A DNA stretch of 63,542 bases, filler included, from Stramenopiles sp. TOSAG23-2 (taxonomy: Eukaryota): the NCBI GenBank assembly GCA_900128395.1. It is 19 parts of 19 records of this genome, joined end to end, with 100 filler letters (N's around TTAATTAATTAA, not from the genome) between each part and the next. Parts side by side here need not be neighbours in the genome. Positions count along the whole stretch, not along the records: positions 45,215 to 48,575 come from LT651240.1; positions 48,676 to 52,032 come from LT651241.1; positions 52,133 to 55,485 come from LT651242.1; positions 55,586 to 58,937 come from LT651243.1; 15 more parts are not named here. One strand, written 5' to 3'. Shown one piece after another: positions 46,381 through 58,191 of this stretch (positions are counted from its first letter, which is position 1; each line of letters opens with the position of its first letter). Made by a program: the position numbers and the translations under genes. Under the pieces are notes generated by a model that searched no databases, was not told the origin of the DNA, and saw only the letters and a list, made by a program, of their open reading frames with translations.

Positions 46381-48575
46381 ATGAACATGTTGGAATCATT
46401 ATTTGATGATAGTTTAAATGAGTTTCAAAATAACAAAATGAAAAACAATCGAACAAACAATCGTGGAAAAAGACAGAAATATAATAAAAAAATGAATAAT
46501 TTATATCGTGAGTTTAAATTTGCATTTCCTGCAAATTTAACAAAAAGAGATATTATTAATAAACTTGAAATCCATAAAGTTACTAAAGAAAATATTGGTG
46601 AATTTCTCGATAAGTTACATGATGATGAACTTGAAGAAGATCTTTGTGAAAAAGTTCAAAAAGAAGAAGAAAAACAACAACAACAAAAACAAATTGAAAA
46701 TACATATCTTGAGATATTTTGGCAATTTTGGAAGGATATAAAAGCAATTTCAAAACAAGAAAAAATGAATATATGTTATCAAAATTGCATCAATAATATA
46801 AAAAAATTATTTAATGAAAATTCAGATCAATTGATGCACCGCACCGAAGTTTTCGAGACATCAGTACGAAAAAACATGTATCAATTTTTTTATTTATTCC
46901 TACTATGCTTACAAGAAAACAATTTAAATTTAGCGGAGAAAATATTGATTGAAACTGGAAAGTTTGTTGTTGACGACCAGAAAAATCTTTACAAATATGA
47001 CATAAATGAATATCATATATATAAATTATGCCATGAAAGTACAAAACAAACTGCATTACATTATGCTTTATATTATGGTTATCCAACTATTACTGAAAAA
47101 TTAATTACCCTAGGCTGCGAAACAGAAGTATATGATAGCAATCGATTACATCCATGGGGTGTAGCAAATAAATCATTCTTGACATTGTTGTCTCCATCGA
47201 AAAAAATGAATACTAATAAAGGTAAAAAGAAAAAAGGTAATAATAATAGTAATAATAATAATGATAAAAAACATTTCCATTCAACAAATAAAAAGCAACA
47301 TGATTCAAAATCGAATATTGATCATCTTAATAGTATCACAAACAATGGTGATGGTGATGATAATAGTAATAATACTATGAAGAAGAAAAATGCAAAAAAT
47401 AATAGTTATTATTATGACAATGGCAAACCACGTAGTGTTGAAACAATCGTTATTGGAATTGTTAAATCAGCCAGTATGCTTGTTTCACTTAAAAATGATT
47501 ATAAATTGTTAACAACCATATTTTATGAAATGAAAAAACAACGTAAGAATAAAAGTAACAAACGTGTCAACTTAATAAATGCCGTTATACGTTATTTTGG
47601 TATGAATGTATTAATATCAAAAATGAAAGAATGGCCAAAAGATACTTCATGGATATGGAAAGAACGGATGTTACAATTAATTTTAAGGGCTGAAGTAGAT
47701 AAAAATAGGGAAGCAAAAAGGTTAAAACAAACTCGACAACAAAAAAATCAAAAAAACAATGTATATTCATCAATATCAAAAGATTCTGTACTGAAAAAAC
47801 ACGATGAGGAAATGTTAACAAAAGAAACTTTTGATTTTTTAATCGATTACCTTGTACAAAAAGATGCCAATCATCGCATTGTATGTGGGTTCAGTGATTT
47901 AATTGCGATACGTGGGAAACAATTATTAAATCAACAAAATGTTGAATTTTTTAAAGAAATCACTAATGTTATTAAATGTCTATGTGAAATGCTATTATTA
48001 AATATGACCCACTCAATTGATTCAGACAGTGAAATGGATAGTGACGATTCAGTTGATTTGCCTGATAGCAAAGAGGAATGTTTACTCAATAGTTTTTTTC
48101 GTATGTTGGTAATGTTTTTATTACCATATGTTAAAATGAAAGCATATACCACAAAAGATAGGATACTTTTACGAAACTTTTTAACTGTTGAATTAGAAGA
48201 GACCTTTAATTTTACTTTTTCTGTATTAAAGTTAATTTTTGAAGAGGTAGCATCATTACGACGTATGGCGGTAATTTTGAAATTATATGTTGCCTGGAGT
48301 GTTATTAAAGAAGATGCGTTAACATTTTTAACGGAAGCGGAAGGCAAACAAACAACAGAACCAATAACGTTAAAATCTTCAAACGCTATAAACAATGAAA
48401 AAACTGGAGATGTACTAGATCATGTTATAACAAAGTTGGAAAATGCAAAGAGTAATAACAATAACATGACATCCATTAGCGCTGCAAAAAAAAAAGAAAG
48501 TACGAAAGATATTACAAACGAAGACGATATTACTAATAATAATAATAATAATAATAATAATACCAAAACCACAAC
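46381..48575 (+). CDS. Ankyrin-repeat-containing hypothetical protein; 3'-truncated
   Basis: KQTALHYALYYGYPTITEKLITLGCETEVYDSNRLHP; long open frame with poly-N tracts. Confidence 0.75.
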
Positions 48576-49255
48576 NNNNNNNNNNNNNNNNNNNNNNNNN
48601 NNNNNNNNNNNNNNNNNNNTTAATTAATTAANNNNNNNNNNNNNNNNNNNNNNNNNNNNNNNNNNNNNNNNNNNNATCCATAAAAAGGTGCAAAAATGTA
48701 GAATTTTTTACAAAAAATGCTCTGTAGACTGCCAAGTGTAAGATCCTATTTAAAATAGTGGAAAAAGTGTCAAAATATGAAAAAAATAACACTATTCATA
48801 ATGGATGTTGGCGTTCTGGACCAGAGTAGGCTCACGTGCTCACTGACTGCTCACGGCACACTGGCACACGATCAACCGAGGAGGATCATCAAATAATGTC
48901 TATGTATGATATTTCGTTTAGTTTTTTTTGTATTTTTAAGTGTTTTGTATATGGAAAGCACACAAGTATAGATTTAGTATACTAATATAAAAAATTGTAG
49001 GACATGACATAAATTAAGGATTTTGACATCATAACCCTAGTTTTTTTCAGACGTTATTAAATTTTTTTTCAAAAGGCACCCCCACAACTGGCCAACGATC
49101 ATAAATATGTAATATTTAATTTATTGCTTATAGCTTTCAGAGAATCAGACAGACTTTTCTTTTTTCGGTAAATATACATATATATATGTGTTACTAGTAA
49201 ATTCTGTATATATTGACATCTAGATTCATACATATAATACATACGCACGTGAAAT

Positions 49256-51115
49256 ATGGCGTTGAGAATATTGAAAAAATTCGATGAATTGGATATCAAA
49301 GAAAAAATATTAACTGGAAGAAGAAGGAATTTACCCGCACGACATAGAAAAAACCAAAGGCCTAAATCAGCAGTTCCAACAAGACGGAGAAATGATAATA
49401 ATGGAAACAGAAGAAGAGGTAGAAATGCGAATCATGGCGAGAAAATGAAAAGGAGAAGACCACAATCTGCAGGGCCTGTTCACAGAAGAGGTAGAAGTAA
49501 TAACAGAAATAATAATGTCCCATTATCCCCTACGGATAGGCCACAAGCGCCAGAAGTGGATAATATTTTTAATAGCAATAGTAACAATAATAACGATAAT
49601 GTTGATAATATTGTAAATAGAAACGAGAATAGTATTACTAATACTAATCGTGTAAATAGTCGAAATAAAAGAATACGCCCAGCATCAGCCGGCCCATCAC
49701 GACGAAGAATACGCAGCGACAGATTTAACAACAATAACAATATTCAAAAGAAAATAACGTATAGTAGTTGGAATCGAAGTAAATTACAACGTGGTAAGAA
49801 ATTTGCTAATTCTACTGGTGGAAAAAGTGTTGCAGGAACTAGCGTTGCAAATTTTGCTAAACGTATCATAAACCCTGAATTTTATTTTTTACGCGTTTGT
49901 TTAAATGGAATATCGGACAATTATATAGATAAGAAATACAATGTTCAGATTACTGATTTAACAAACATTGATCGACCAAGTCATTGGTATACTGATTTAG
50001 AGACGGCAGATGATGGTCATTTAATTTTTAGAAAACATAGTTTAAATGTTAAATCAAAAATGCCAACTAGAACTGTTATGAGCCCGATGCATGATTTCTA
50101 TTGGGTTGAACATTGCACACAATTATATGGCCATGCCATACGCATTGAAGTATATGAACAAGTTAGTGAATTTCAAAGCTTACTAATAGATCGATGTGCT
50201 TATTTTGGTAAGTTTGATCCGGCTATTATTGCCGAAGCAAATTCATTGCAAAGGAAAATCGCGGCTCAACGAACAACTAAAAAGAAACGTCCAACTACGG
50301 CACCAATATCTCGAAGTAAAAATACCTTTAAATCAACAGCAGGGAGAAGTCCACAACGTCAAATTTTTAAACAGTCGCCAAAATTATTGTTAAAAAAGAA
50401 TGAGAATAAAATTGAGCGTTCTTCCAGTGGTTTAATGATAAAAGACAATGTAAAAACAATTTCACCTCGGCAACCGGGTGGAGGACAAAAACAACAACAA
50501 CAACAGAAACAGAAGAAGCAAAAGAAAATCATTGCTGGCAATGTATATGAATCGAAATACAATGAGGAGGAAATGTCTTATAAAGAAAAGCAACAAAGGG
50601 TACGTTTACAAAGGGATAGTAGCCCTAGAGGGCAACTTGATTCCCCTGTTGGAAAATTATCAGGATGGAACGATGGCAATTATTCTCCATCACCAATGAA
50701 TCGTAAGGAGAAATTGGATAGAGAAAATATTAATAATTTCCGCCAACATGCATCACAATCACCTCCACCAAAACTGGATATAATAGCACAGCGGCATCCT
50801 AGTCCTTATCTAAAAAAGAAAAAAATACCTTTGAGTATGAAACGAAGAGATTTAAACGACAAATCTGATTTGCCACCAGCATTTGAAGTGTTAAAATCAT
50901 ACCGCAAACAAATAATAGAGCATATGAAACATACACAATCTGAAACATCGAATCGACGAAATCGACCAACACCACCATTATTAGAAGCAGAAGGTGAGGG
51001 AATTATGATAAATTTAAGTCCAACTAGAGTGATAGGAAATAGTAGGGTTGGAGAGAATGAACTTCCAAAAAAAGCGAAAGTCGTCGTCCCAATTTCTAAA
51101 TTTTTGAATGATTAA
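49256..51115 (+). CDS. Basic, largely disordered protein with repeated RPxSA/RPxTA motifs
   Basis: RPKSA, RPQSA, RPASA, RPTTA; 619-aa ORF. Confidence 0.8.
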   Translation: MALRILKKFDELDIKEKILTGRRRNLPARHRKNQRPKSAVPTRRRNDNNGNRRRGRNANHGEKMKRRRPQSAGPVHRRGRSNNRNNNVPLSPTDRPQAPEVDNIFNSNSNNNNDNVDNIVNRNENSITNTNRVNSRNKRIRPASAGPSRRRIRSDRFNNNNNIQKKITYSSWNRSKLQRGKKFANSTGGKSVAGTSVANFAKRIINPEFYFLRVCLNGISDNYIDKKYNVQITDLTNIDRPSHWYTDLETADDGHLIFRKHSLNVKSKMPTRTVMSPMHDFYWVEHCTQLYGHAIRIEVYEQVSEFQSLLIDRCAYFGKFDPAIIAEANSLQRKIAAQRTTKKKRPTTAPISRSKNTFKSTAGRSPQRQIFKQSPKLLLKKNENKIERSSSGLMIKDNVKTISPRQPGGGQKQQQQQKQKKQKKIIAGNVYESKYNEEEMSYKEKQQRVRLQRDSSPRGQLDSPVGKLSGWNDGNYSPSPMNRKEKLDRENINNFRQHASQSPPPKLDIIAQRHPSPYLKKKKIPLSMKRRDLNDKSDLPPAFEVLKSYRKQIIEHMKHTQSETSNRRNRPTPPLLEAEGEGIMINLSPTRVIGNSRVGENELPKKAKVVVPISKFLND

Positions 51116-51227
51116 AAAAGAATTGGATTTTTTTCGATATAGACGACGACTAGCCCAAGATGCTAGTGTGTGTGTTATTTATATTTTTAATATATATAAA
51201 AAATGCTCTTATTTTTATAATTTATAG

Positions 51228-51610
51228 TTTACGCATAATTTATTTTTAATTTACTCATGCTAATTCCTACTCTTCAAAAGAATAAAATATGATAACTTAA
51301 ATAATCTATCTCACACTAGTGTGTTGAGATTCTCATAATCGAGAATACCAATGAAGGTAAATAGATGGTATCAACTACTCATAATAGCTGATGGAAAACG
51401 GACATCATGGGAAGGCGGAGAATAAATTGTACCAGGGTTTGTAATTGTTGTATCGACATAAAGTAGAACTTCATCTGACGTCTCTGTAGAGGAAATCGAA
51501 ATATCTGTGCGGTTCGTTTCAGTTGAATATGGGTGAGCTTCAATCGCGACAGCTTCGATATTGTCGCCATTCAGAGCTTTAACTAAGGCATTTTGGAGCG
51601 TATCATGAAG
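51228..51610 (-). mobile_element. Internally deleted non-LTR retrotransposon fragment: restriction-like endonuclease motif joined to ORF tail and 3' UTR
   Basis: A minus frame not in the ORF track reads HDTLQNALVKALNGDNIEAVAIEAHPYSTETNRTDISISSTETSDEVLLYVDTTITNP, resembling the RH(D/N)...E...RPD...DVT.xP signature of RLE (CRE/R2-group) elements. The remainder matches the dispersed repeat. Confidence 0.62.
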
Positions 51611-52264
51611 TATATCAATTCAGAGACTATAATTTTATTTGTGTTTTTAATATTAAAATTTAAAGACCCCGGACAATCTGTAAACGGGACTTTTTTGGTT
51701 TAGGTGGATAAGTGAGATACAGTATCCTAGGATAAGTATATTATAAAATATTCAGATGTGTGCGGGCATAACATTTTATCTCTGGGATCGCATATTATGG
51801 TTAATACAGGAGATATTTTTATTTTTTAAAAAAATATAATATGCATCACATATATTTTTTAGTATGATAATTTTTTTTCAATTTTTGGTATTATTATTAT
51901 TCAAATTTTCACTACCAATCATTTTACCTTGATTTACAGTTGCGATATATTTTCCTTTGATTTTCTTTTTTAAATCGGAATCGTTTGATGGTGATGGAGA
52001 TAAAGATAAACGTGCCTTTAATTCTTGTCGTTNNNNNNNNNNNNNNNNNNNNNNNNNNNNNNNNNNNNNNNNNNNNTTAATTAATTAANNNNNNNNNNNN
52101 NNNNNNNNNNNNNNNNNNNNNNNNNNNNNNNNCAAGTAGATAAGATAGAATTTGATGATAATAATAATAATAATAATAATAAAAATATTGACAATAACAA
52201 CAACTAACAATATGAATATTATTTTAGCGAACGTTCGTTAATATTATATATATATAACTTTAAC

Positions 52265-52689
52265 ATGAATATTAAAATAACGATAGTTTGTTTATATCTT
52301 TTAATTGCAGTTTCTATCGTAAAAAGCGATAGATTCGAAACTGTACGTCGACAGGCGCATGCACATCATATATTGGTTGCAAATCGCTTGGAGTGCGAAG
52401 AGTTGAAAAAAAAATTGACGAAGGTGAAGATTTTGAGCTTATGGCTAAAACGCATAGTACATGCCCAAGTGGTAAAAGGGGTGGTGATTTAGGAACCTTT
52501 GGACCTGGGCAAATGGTTGAACCATTTGATAAAGTTGTGTTTAATGAAGAGGTTGGAAAGGTACACGGATGCGTGCATACACAATTTGGTTATCATATTA
52601 TTAGGATCGATAAGCGAGATCAACCTACTAAATTAGGTGCTGTAGGTGGGCATGCTCATTTGGCAGAAGAAGATTTAAAAGGTATCTAA
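52265..52689 (+). CDS. Parvulin PPIase (PpiC/Par10-like) with signal peptide; one frameshift in the A9 run at 52406-52414
   Basis: AHAHHILV...LKKK in one frame continues as [43 protein letters not shown]...HTQFGYHII in the -1 frame. Confidence 0.9.
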
Positions 52690-53019
52690 ACTCCAGCGTG
52701 AACTTTGTGTGTGTGTGTATATTAAATTTAGTGTGCGTGTGATGTGGGGTGTTGTGTGTTTTTTGAAAAATGAAAATCAAAACGCGAGGCGTGTGTGTAA
52801 AATACAATTAATATTAATTATTCTCGTGTGTATAAAAATATTGAGAGATATACGAGTACGTATTTCAGAATTTAACTATGATACTAAGTAAAAAGTAAAA
52901 GTTATATTGGTATTTTACTCTTTGCTGATGTACGGTTCGTATTCGTAGTAAAAAAATATTATATACTTCGTATGCATCTAGCGTTATTTAATATATTCAC
53001 ATACACTCTGTGTCTGTTT

Positions 53020-55485
53020 TCAAAGACCATCAATATTTTTCTTCCCCGACGGCTTGCTTAATGGCGAGGACGGTGGTGTCTCGTCTAGCATATTTTCCCA
53101 ATCATTTTCTCCATCATCATCATCACTTTCGTATTGTTTCATAGGTTTATGCACGGGACTATCTGGACCACTATCCCATGCACCATCACCACCTCTTTCC
53201 ACTTCATCTTGAATTTTATGTGCTTGATTTATCGTTTCTTCTTTTTCTTTATCTGTCAAATCAGATGCATACAAAGCTGCACCAGCTGCAAGAACACTAT
53301 CACTGGCACTTGATCTACCCATCAATGTATTACCAAGGTATGTCGGTTTGTAAGATGCCTTCGTATTTACACCTTGGATCACACCATTGGCTGCTGCCCA
53401 GACTAACCAATGATGCCATACTCGATCGCTATGCAGTGTACTTGGATTTCCAATCACAATCAACCCGCGTTTTGCACGGGTCATCATTACATTCATTCGC
53501 CTCCAATCAGCTAGGAAACCAACATTTTTCTCAAAGTTAGCACGTACACTAGAAAATATAATGACTTCTTTTTCTCGTCCTTGGAACCCATCCACACTGC
53601 TAACTTCACATAGATGTAAACCTGCATCCCGTAAGACTTTCCGCTCTTTTAATGTGCGCCTGATTAAACGTACTTGAGATGAATATGGCGTAATAATTCC
53701 AACATCATGGACACCGTTCTCCAAGCCACCTGTACGAATCAACGTCAACAATACTACAACAATTTTTTCAACTTCTTTTACATTTACATACGAATGACCA
53801 TCTTTTACCTCTTCCGCTTCATTTACCGGCACAAATGCCACAGGCGCGCCTTGAACTGGCCAATCAAAACCAGCAGGTGGTAAACGTGCCCTATATTCAA
53901 TACCCGTTTTTAATTTACCAGCATAAAATGAATCAGACGGAAACTCTGCAATGACGGGATGCATGCGATATTGGGTATCTAATAATACCGGGTGTACACC
54001 TTGACTAACAAAACGGGAAAACATGGAGACGGCTAATCCAGCTTTCTCTGCTTCCTCGGATAAAACCGTTGGGGGAAGCTGACAATGATCACCAACTAAG
54101 ATTAAACGTTCGCACCCTTGTGCGATTGGAACTAAAATTGCCGTTTCTGTTGCCTGTGTTGACTCATCGACAAGTACAGTGTGAAAGCGAAATTTATCCA
54201 TCATATCGCTTCCACTACCAATAGCAGTTGCGCAGATAATTTCAGCACGTTTCAACACCGCATTTGCTGCCACTGGCCCACTTTTATTATATAGCTTGTT
54301 ATATTGTTTCGCCTGTACATCCAATGAGTGTTCCCTTAAATCATCCCGAATACTTTCTGGTCGACCGACACGCAAAGCACGTACGCCTCGATTCGCCAAT
54401 CCTTCTAATAAGTTATCAACTGCAATATTTGAATCAGAAGTTGCTAAAATTGGAAATGGGCATAATCGATTTCGTACCATTTGAGTTAAAATCTCAATTG
54501 CTGAATGCGTCTTGCCAGTTCCTGGTGGACCTTGCACCAATGTCAAACGCCTCGTTAATGCATGTGTTAACGCACCCATTTGACTCCTATTTAAGTGATC
54601 CCCAATATCATTTTTCAACTTTTCAATTAATATTTTTTCCGATGGTAAACGCGGCAACTTAATTTCCGATGGATTGTCGCCTTTCTTTAATTGCTGCTCT
54701 ACTGGTGTCAACAATGCAGCGCGTATACAATTATGAGGTGCTTTACTGTTCAAATTCTTTTTCATGTTGGTAATATTTTCATTATCTTTCCCATTCCTCA
54801 AATCATACTTGGTCGATACTAATATTTTCAATGCATCTAATTGCCGTTGATATGAATTTCTATTTCCTAATTTGTCCAAACGCCATCGCAAATCCCCATA
54901 ATCTTCGCTCATTCCTAATGGTGGCAATCCTACAAAGCGCACGCTCAAATGTGGATAATTGTTCAAAATTTCAACTTCTACCCCGTGTATGTGAGGCACA
55001 TATTTTGGTTTCATATCCGGGTCATCTTGCAAATGCTTTGGTATTGGTATTGCCTCAACAATACGCTGTGGCGCATTGTCTATACTTAAAAGTGCAGTAT
55101 CCGATCGTTGGAAACCGAAATTATCAAATCCGTTTCCAAAATCAATCGCACCAGGTGGAATTTCCCGTTTGTTTTTATCCGCATCGACCAATATATACTC
55201 ATTTTGTTTCCTACCCTTTGATAAAGCCAAGTTTAACTCGGTTCGGCCACTATTAATTAAAAAACGTTGATCGCCACGCATAACTTTTTCAAAACTATTT
55301 TGTGCATCTGCTAAAAACTCTGATAAATTCATTGCCGCATGTCGTTGGTAATATGCCTTTGCCCTATCACTATCAAAGCGCACGAAATGGCATAAGTCTT
55401 CAACAAATTGTATCCCATCGATTGGACTTGATTTCTGTGTAACACATCCAAGAATATTAGCCGCTGATTTGACTTGTACCCATAC
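53020..55485 (-). CDS. UPF1/DNA2/NAM7-family SF1 helicase; 5'-truncated
   Basis: LNRSQ, QGPPGTGKT, SNIAVDNL, VDESTQA, VGDHCQLPP, LDTQYRMHP, ITPYSSQ, SVDGFQGREK and RMNVMMTRAK. Confidence 0.93.
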   Translation of the reverse strand, partial: VWVQVKSAANILGCVTQKSSPIDGIQFVEDLCHFVRFDSDRAKAYYQRHAAMNLSEFLADAQNSFEKVMRGDQRFLINSGRTELNLALSKGRKQNEYILVDADKNKREIPPGAIDFGNGFDNFGFQRSDTALLSIDNAPQRIVEAIPIPKHLQDDPDMKPKYVPHIHGVEVEILNNYPHLSVRFVGLPPLGMSEDYGDLRWRLDKLGNRNSYQRQLDALKILVSTKYDLRNGKDNENITNMKKNLNSKAPHNCIRAALLTPVEQQLKKGDNPSEIKLPRLPSEKILIEKLKNDIGDHLNRSQMGALTHALTRRLTLVQGPPGTGKTHSAIEILTQMVRNRLCPFPILATSDSNIAVDNLLEGLANRGVRALRVGRPESIRDDLREHSLDVQAKQYNKLYNKSGPVAANAVLKRAEIICATAIGSGSDMMDKFRFHTVLVDESTQATETAILVPIAQGCERLILVGDHCQLPPTVLSEEAEKAGLAVSMFSRFVSQGVHPVLLDTQYRMHPVIAEFPSDSFYAGKLKTGIEYRARLPPAGFDWPVQGAPVAFVPVNEAEEVKDGHSYVNVKEVEKIVVVLLTLIRTGGLENGVHDVGIITPYSSQVRLIRRTLKERKVLRDAGLHLCEVSSVDGFQGREKEVIIFSSVRANFEKNVGFLADWRRMNVMMTRAKRGLIVIGNPSTLHSDRVWHHWLVWAAANGVIQGVNTKASYKPTYLGNTLMGRSSASDSVLAAGAALYASDLTDKEKEETINQAHKIQDEVERGGDGAWDSGPDSPVHKPMKQYESDDDDGENDWENMLDETPPSSPLSKPSGKKNIDGL

Positions 55486-55651
55486 NNNNNNNNNNNNNNN
55501 NNNNNNNNNNNNNNNNNNNNNNNNNNNNNTTAATTAATTAANNNNNNNNNNNNNNNNNNNNNNNNNNNNNNNNNNNNNNNNNNNNCTGTGATTCAGAGCT
55601 AAATGAAAGAGGTCCTCCTTCATAAAGTTGTAAATCACATTCTTTAATCAT

Positions 55652-55689
<38 letters not shown>

Positions 55690-55763
55690 ATATATGAGTA
55701 AGAGAACATTTTACTTCGTATATATTTTTAATATTACACGAGTATTATATTAATATAAATAAA

Positions 55764-56014
55764 ATGTCCGTTTTCCATCAACTGTTACGAGTAGTTGATA
55801 CCATCTATTTACCTTCATTGGTTTTCTCTATTATGGGAATATCAACACACTAGTGTGAGATAGATTATTTCAGTTATTGTATTCTTTTGAAGAGTAGGAA
55901 TTATCATGAGTAAATTAAAACAATAAAATTATGCGTGTAAATATTATTATAATATTTTTTTTATTTACCACGGGAAGTAAAATTATTATAACTTAGATTT
56001 TAACCATCATTATA
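55764..56014 (+). mobile_element. Copy of the retrotransposon-derived dispersed repeat (5'-truncated)
   Basis: Reverse complement of 20533-20757; includes CACACTAGTGTG and ends GATTTTAACCATCATTATA. Confidence 0.7.
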
Positions 56015-56161
56015 TTTTATTATATTATCACACAGTTAGATGATTAAAATTTTGAGAGATAGCGGGTTGAATATAATATATGAAAAGTAAATCCTTGTAA
56101 TTTTTTTGTATGCGTGTTCCTTGTATACCGCGAGTGGATTATTATTAAAAAAGAGTTTTTT

Positions 56162-57205
56162 TTAAACACTACTATTTGTAGTATCTTTTTTACTACCTGG
56201 AGTTACGTATTTATTACTCTTTTCTTTCATACCTCCTTGAAGTCTTTTAAGATTTTTTGTTGCATCAGCCCCCCCATCGGACATCAAATTATTAGTATCA
56301 ATAAGACCCAGCTCATTTTCAGTTTTTGTGATACGTGCAAGCATATTAGCTATATATAAACCTAACTGCATAGGATAATGATTAATTGTTGGGTATAATA
56401 CGGAGTAGTCATTATTTTTATCCCAATCAATATTAATTATGTAGTCAAATTCATTTATAAAAGTCACAAATTGCATTGCAAAAGTGTTTCTTTGTATAAC
56501 AGAGTCTTTAGCACACGGAAATTTTTCTTTAAATTCCGTATGAGGCAAATATTCACTTAATTGAACGCAATACTTTACGAGAATATCCGAACATAATTTA
56601 CCATGCTCTACTAATCTACGACAATGCCTAAAATAGAATCGACTAATTTTACTTTCAGGATTTTTTCTGATTAATTCCTCAACTTCTTCTCCAACAAACG
56701 TTGGTAATAAATTCATTTTTCCCTTGTAAACATCAATCATGTTCCATCCTTTAGATTTCCAATATTCCGTTATTTTCCCATTCAATTGTTTATCAAGCGT
56801 ATTTGCATATTTCCCTTCTGCTTCATTTCCAACTGCAGTTGCACGTGGTGTAAATCCCTGTGGGCCAAACGCTTGATAATATACGTCATGAAAAGTTATA
56901 ATTGCCATTAACGCCGGACCAATAAATTCATCAATTTTGCGTCTTATTCTTGCTAGCTTTAACTGTCTTATTTCCGCATCGTGTTGTCGTTCAGATGCAA
57001 GTTTTTCCTCTTTTCGTTTTAATTTACTTTGGACAAGGTATCCTAATACAGCAACAACAGCACTTAAGAAGATTAAAGTCCCTTGAACAATTAATCCAAC
57101 ATCAGAGGCATTCCTATCGGTAGTGCTCATTTTTACACTATCATTAATTGTTGTCCGTTGTTGTCTTTTTTTTGTTTTGTTTCCTTTCACACTATATATT
57201 GTCAC
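56162..57205 (-). CDS. Hypothetical protein with N-terminal TM segment
   Basis: TM VGLIVQGTLIFLSAVVAVLGYLV followed by a short coiled coil; the real start may be a downstream Met. Confidence 0.75.
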   Translation of the reverse strand: MTIYSVKGNKTKKRQQRTTINDSVKMSTTDRNASDVGLIVQGTLIFLSAVVAVLGYLVQSKLKRKEEKLASERQHDAEIRQLKLARIRRKIDEFIGPALMAIITFHDVYYQAFGPQGFTPRATAVGNEAEGKYANTLDKQLNGKITEYWKSKGWNMIDVYKGKMNLLPTFVGEEVEELIRKNPESKISRFYFRHCRRLVEHGKLCSDILVKYCVQLSEYLPHTEFKEKFPCAKDSVIQRNTFAMQFVTFINEFDYIINIDWDKNNDYSVLYPTINHYPMQLGLYIANMLARITKTENELGLIDTNNLMSDGGADATKNLKRLQGGMKEKSNKYVTPGSKKDTTNSSV

Positions 57206-57786
57206 GCACGCACTCTTTGTATTTTTTCATTCATCTGCAATATGTGAATTTTAGATTCGCAACATTTTTTTATAGTATAGCGTCGTAATATATTTTTTTC
57301 AGAGAGAGATGATACCACAGGTACCAGGTAGATAAGGTAAACCAGGTAAAGCCGAACGAACGAAAACGCTATTTATGCTAAACCGGTTTTTCTTCTACTA
57401 TAAGTATACTTATCTTGTAGTGTCTGCTAGGGAGATGGTTTTTTACTTTTTTTATCGTACATTGTTCAATTGTATATCCTTAATTTATTAATTACCGGAT
57501 TACGGATTACACTAATATCCTTGAAATAAGTTCGTTCTTCTTCGGAAAAAGTCGTCCACCGGTCTGTCGTCTACTGTATAAGGTCCAGAGTCGTCCAAAG
57601 TCCAACTTGAAACTTTTATTTATATAGATATATCACCTAAACACCGTAGCATATATATAATATTAATATACCAGTAATATAAACAACATATATAAGATAT
57701 ACATATAATAATAATATAATTATATAAAACGAGAAGAGGAAAACAAAGAAAAAAACCACGGAAAAAAAAAGAATTTGCAAAGAATC

Positions 57787-58191
57787 ATGACTGATATGTT
57801 ATTTAATGAAAAAGGATGTGCAGCAATTGTATTAATTAGTTGTTTAGCAGCAAAAGCGTTTATGTCGGCTCAACGCATTATGATTTTAACCAAGACAAAA
57901 GGTGATAAAGATAAAGCGAATAAATTATTCAAAGTTGAACCATTTCACTCGTATCACAAATCACAAATGAATGATGCTGAATGGGCACCTATTGTCATTG
58001 GTACCTTGTTTTATACAGCTTTGCAAGGAATTGATACTGGTTATGGATGCACACTAGCCGCAATTGGATCAGTAGTATACGTCTGGGGCAACTTACTCTC
58101 AAAAGGTGCTATGCCAAACCCAGTAGGAGCTCTTCCAAGATATACTGGTACAGGCATGATTGCATATGCAATCTTATCCAACAGTATGTAA
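57787..58191 (+). CDS. MAPEG-family membrane protein
   Basis: About 134 aa with ~4 hydrophobic helices; HKSQMNDAEWAPI resembles the MAPEG RAxxNxxExxP signature. Confidence 0.65.
   Translation: MTDMLFNEKGCAAIVLISCLAAKAFMSAQRIMILTKTKGDKDKANKLFKVEPFHSYHKSQMNDAEWAPIVIGTLFYTALQGIDTGYGCTLAAIGSVVYVWGNLLSKGAMPNPVGALPRYTGTGMIAYAILSNSM

Noticed and set aside
51379-51570. Listed 63-aa ORF as a gene
   Set aside because: It is an alternative frame over the retroelement fragment; another frame carries the RLE-like motif.
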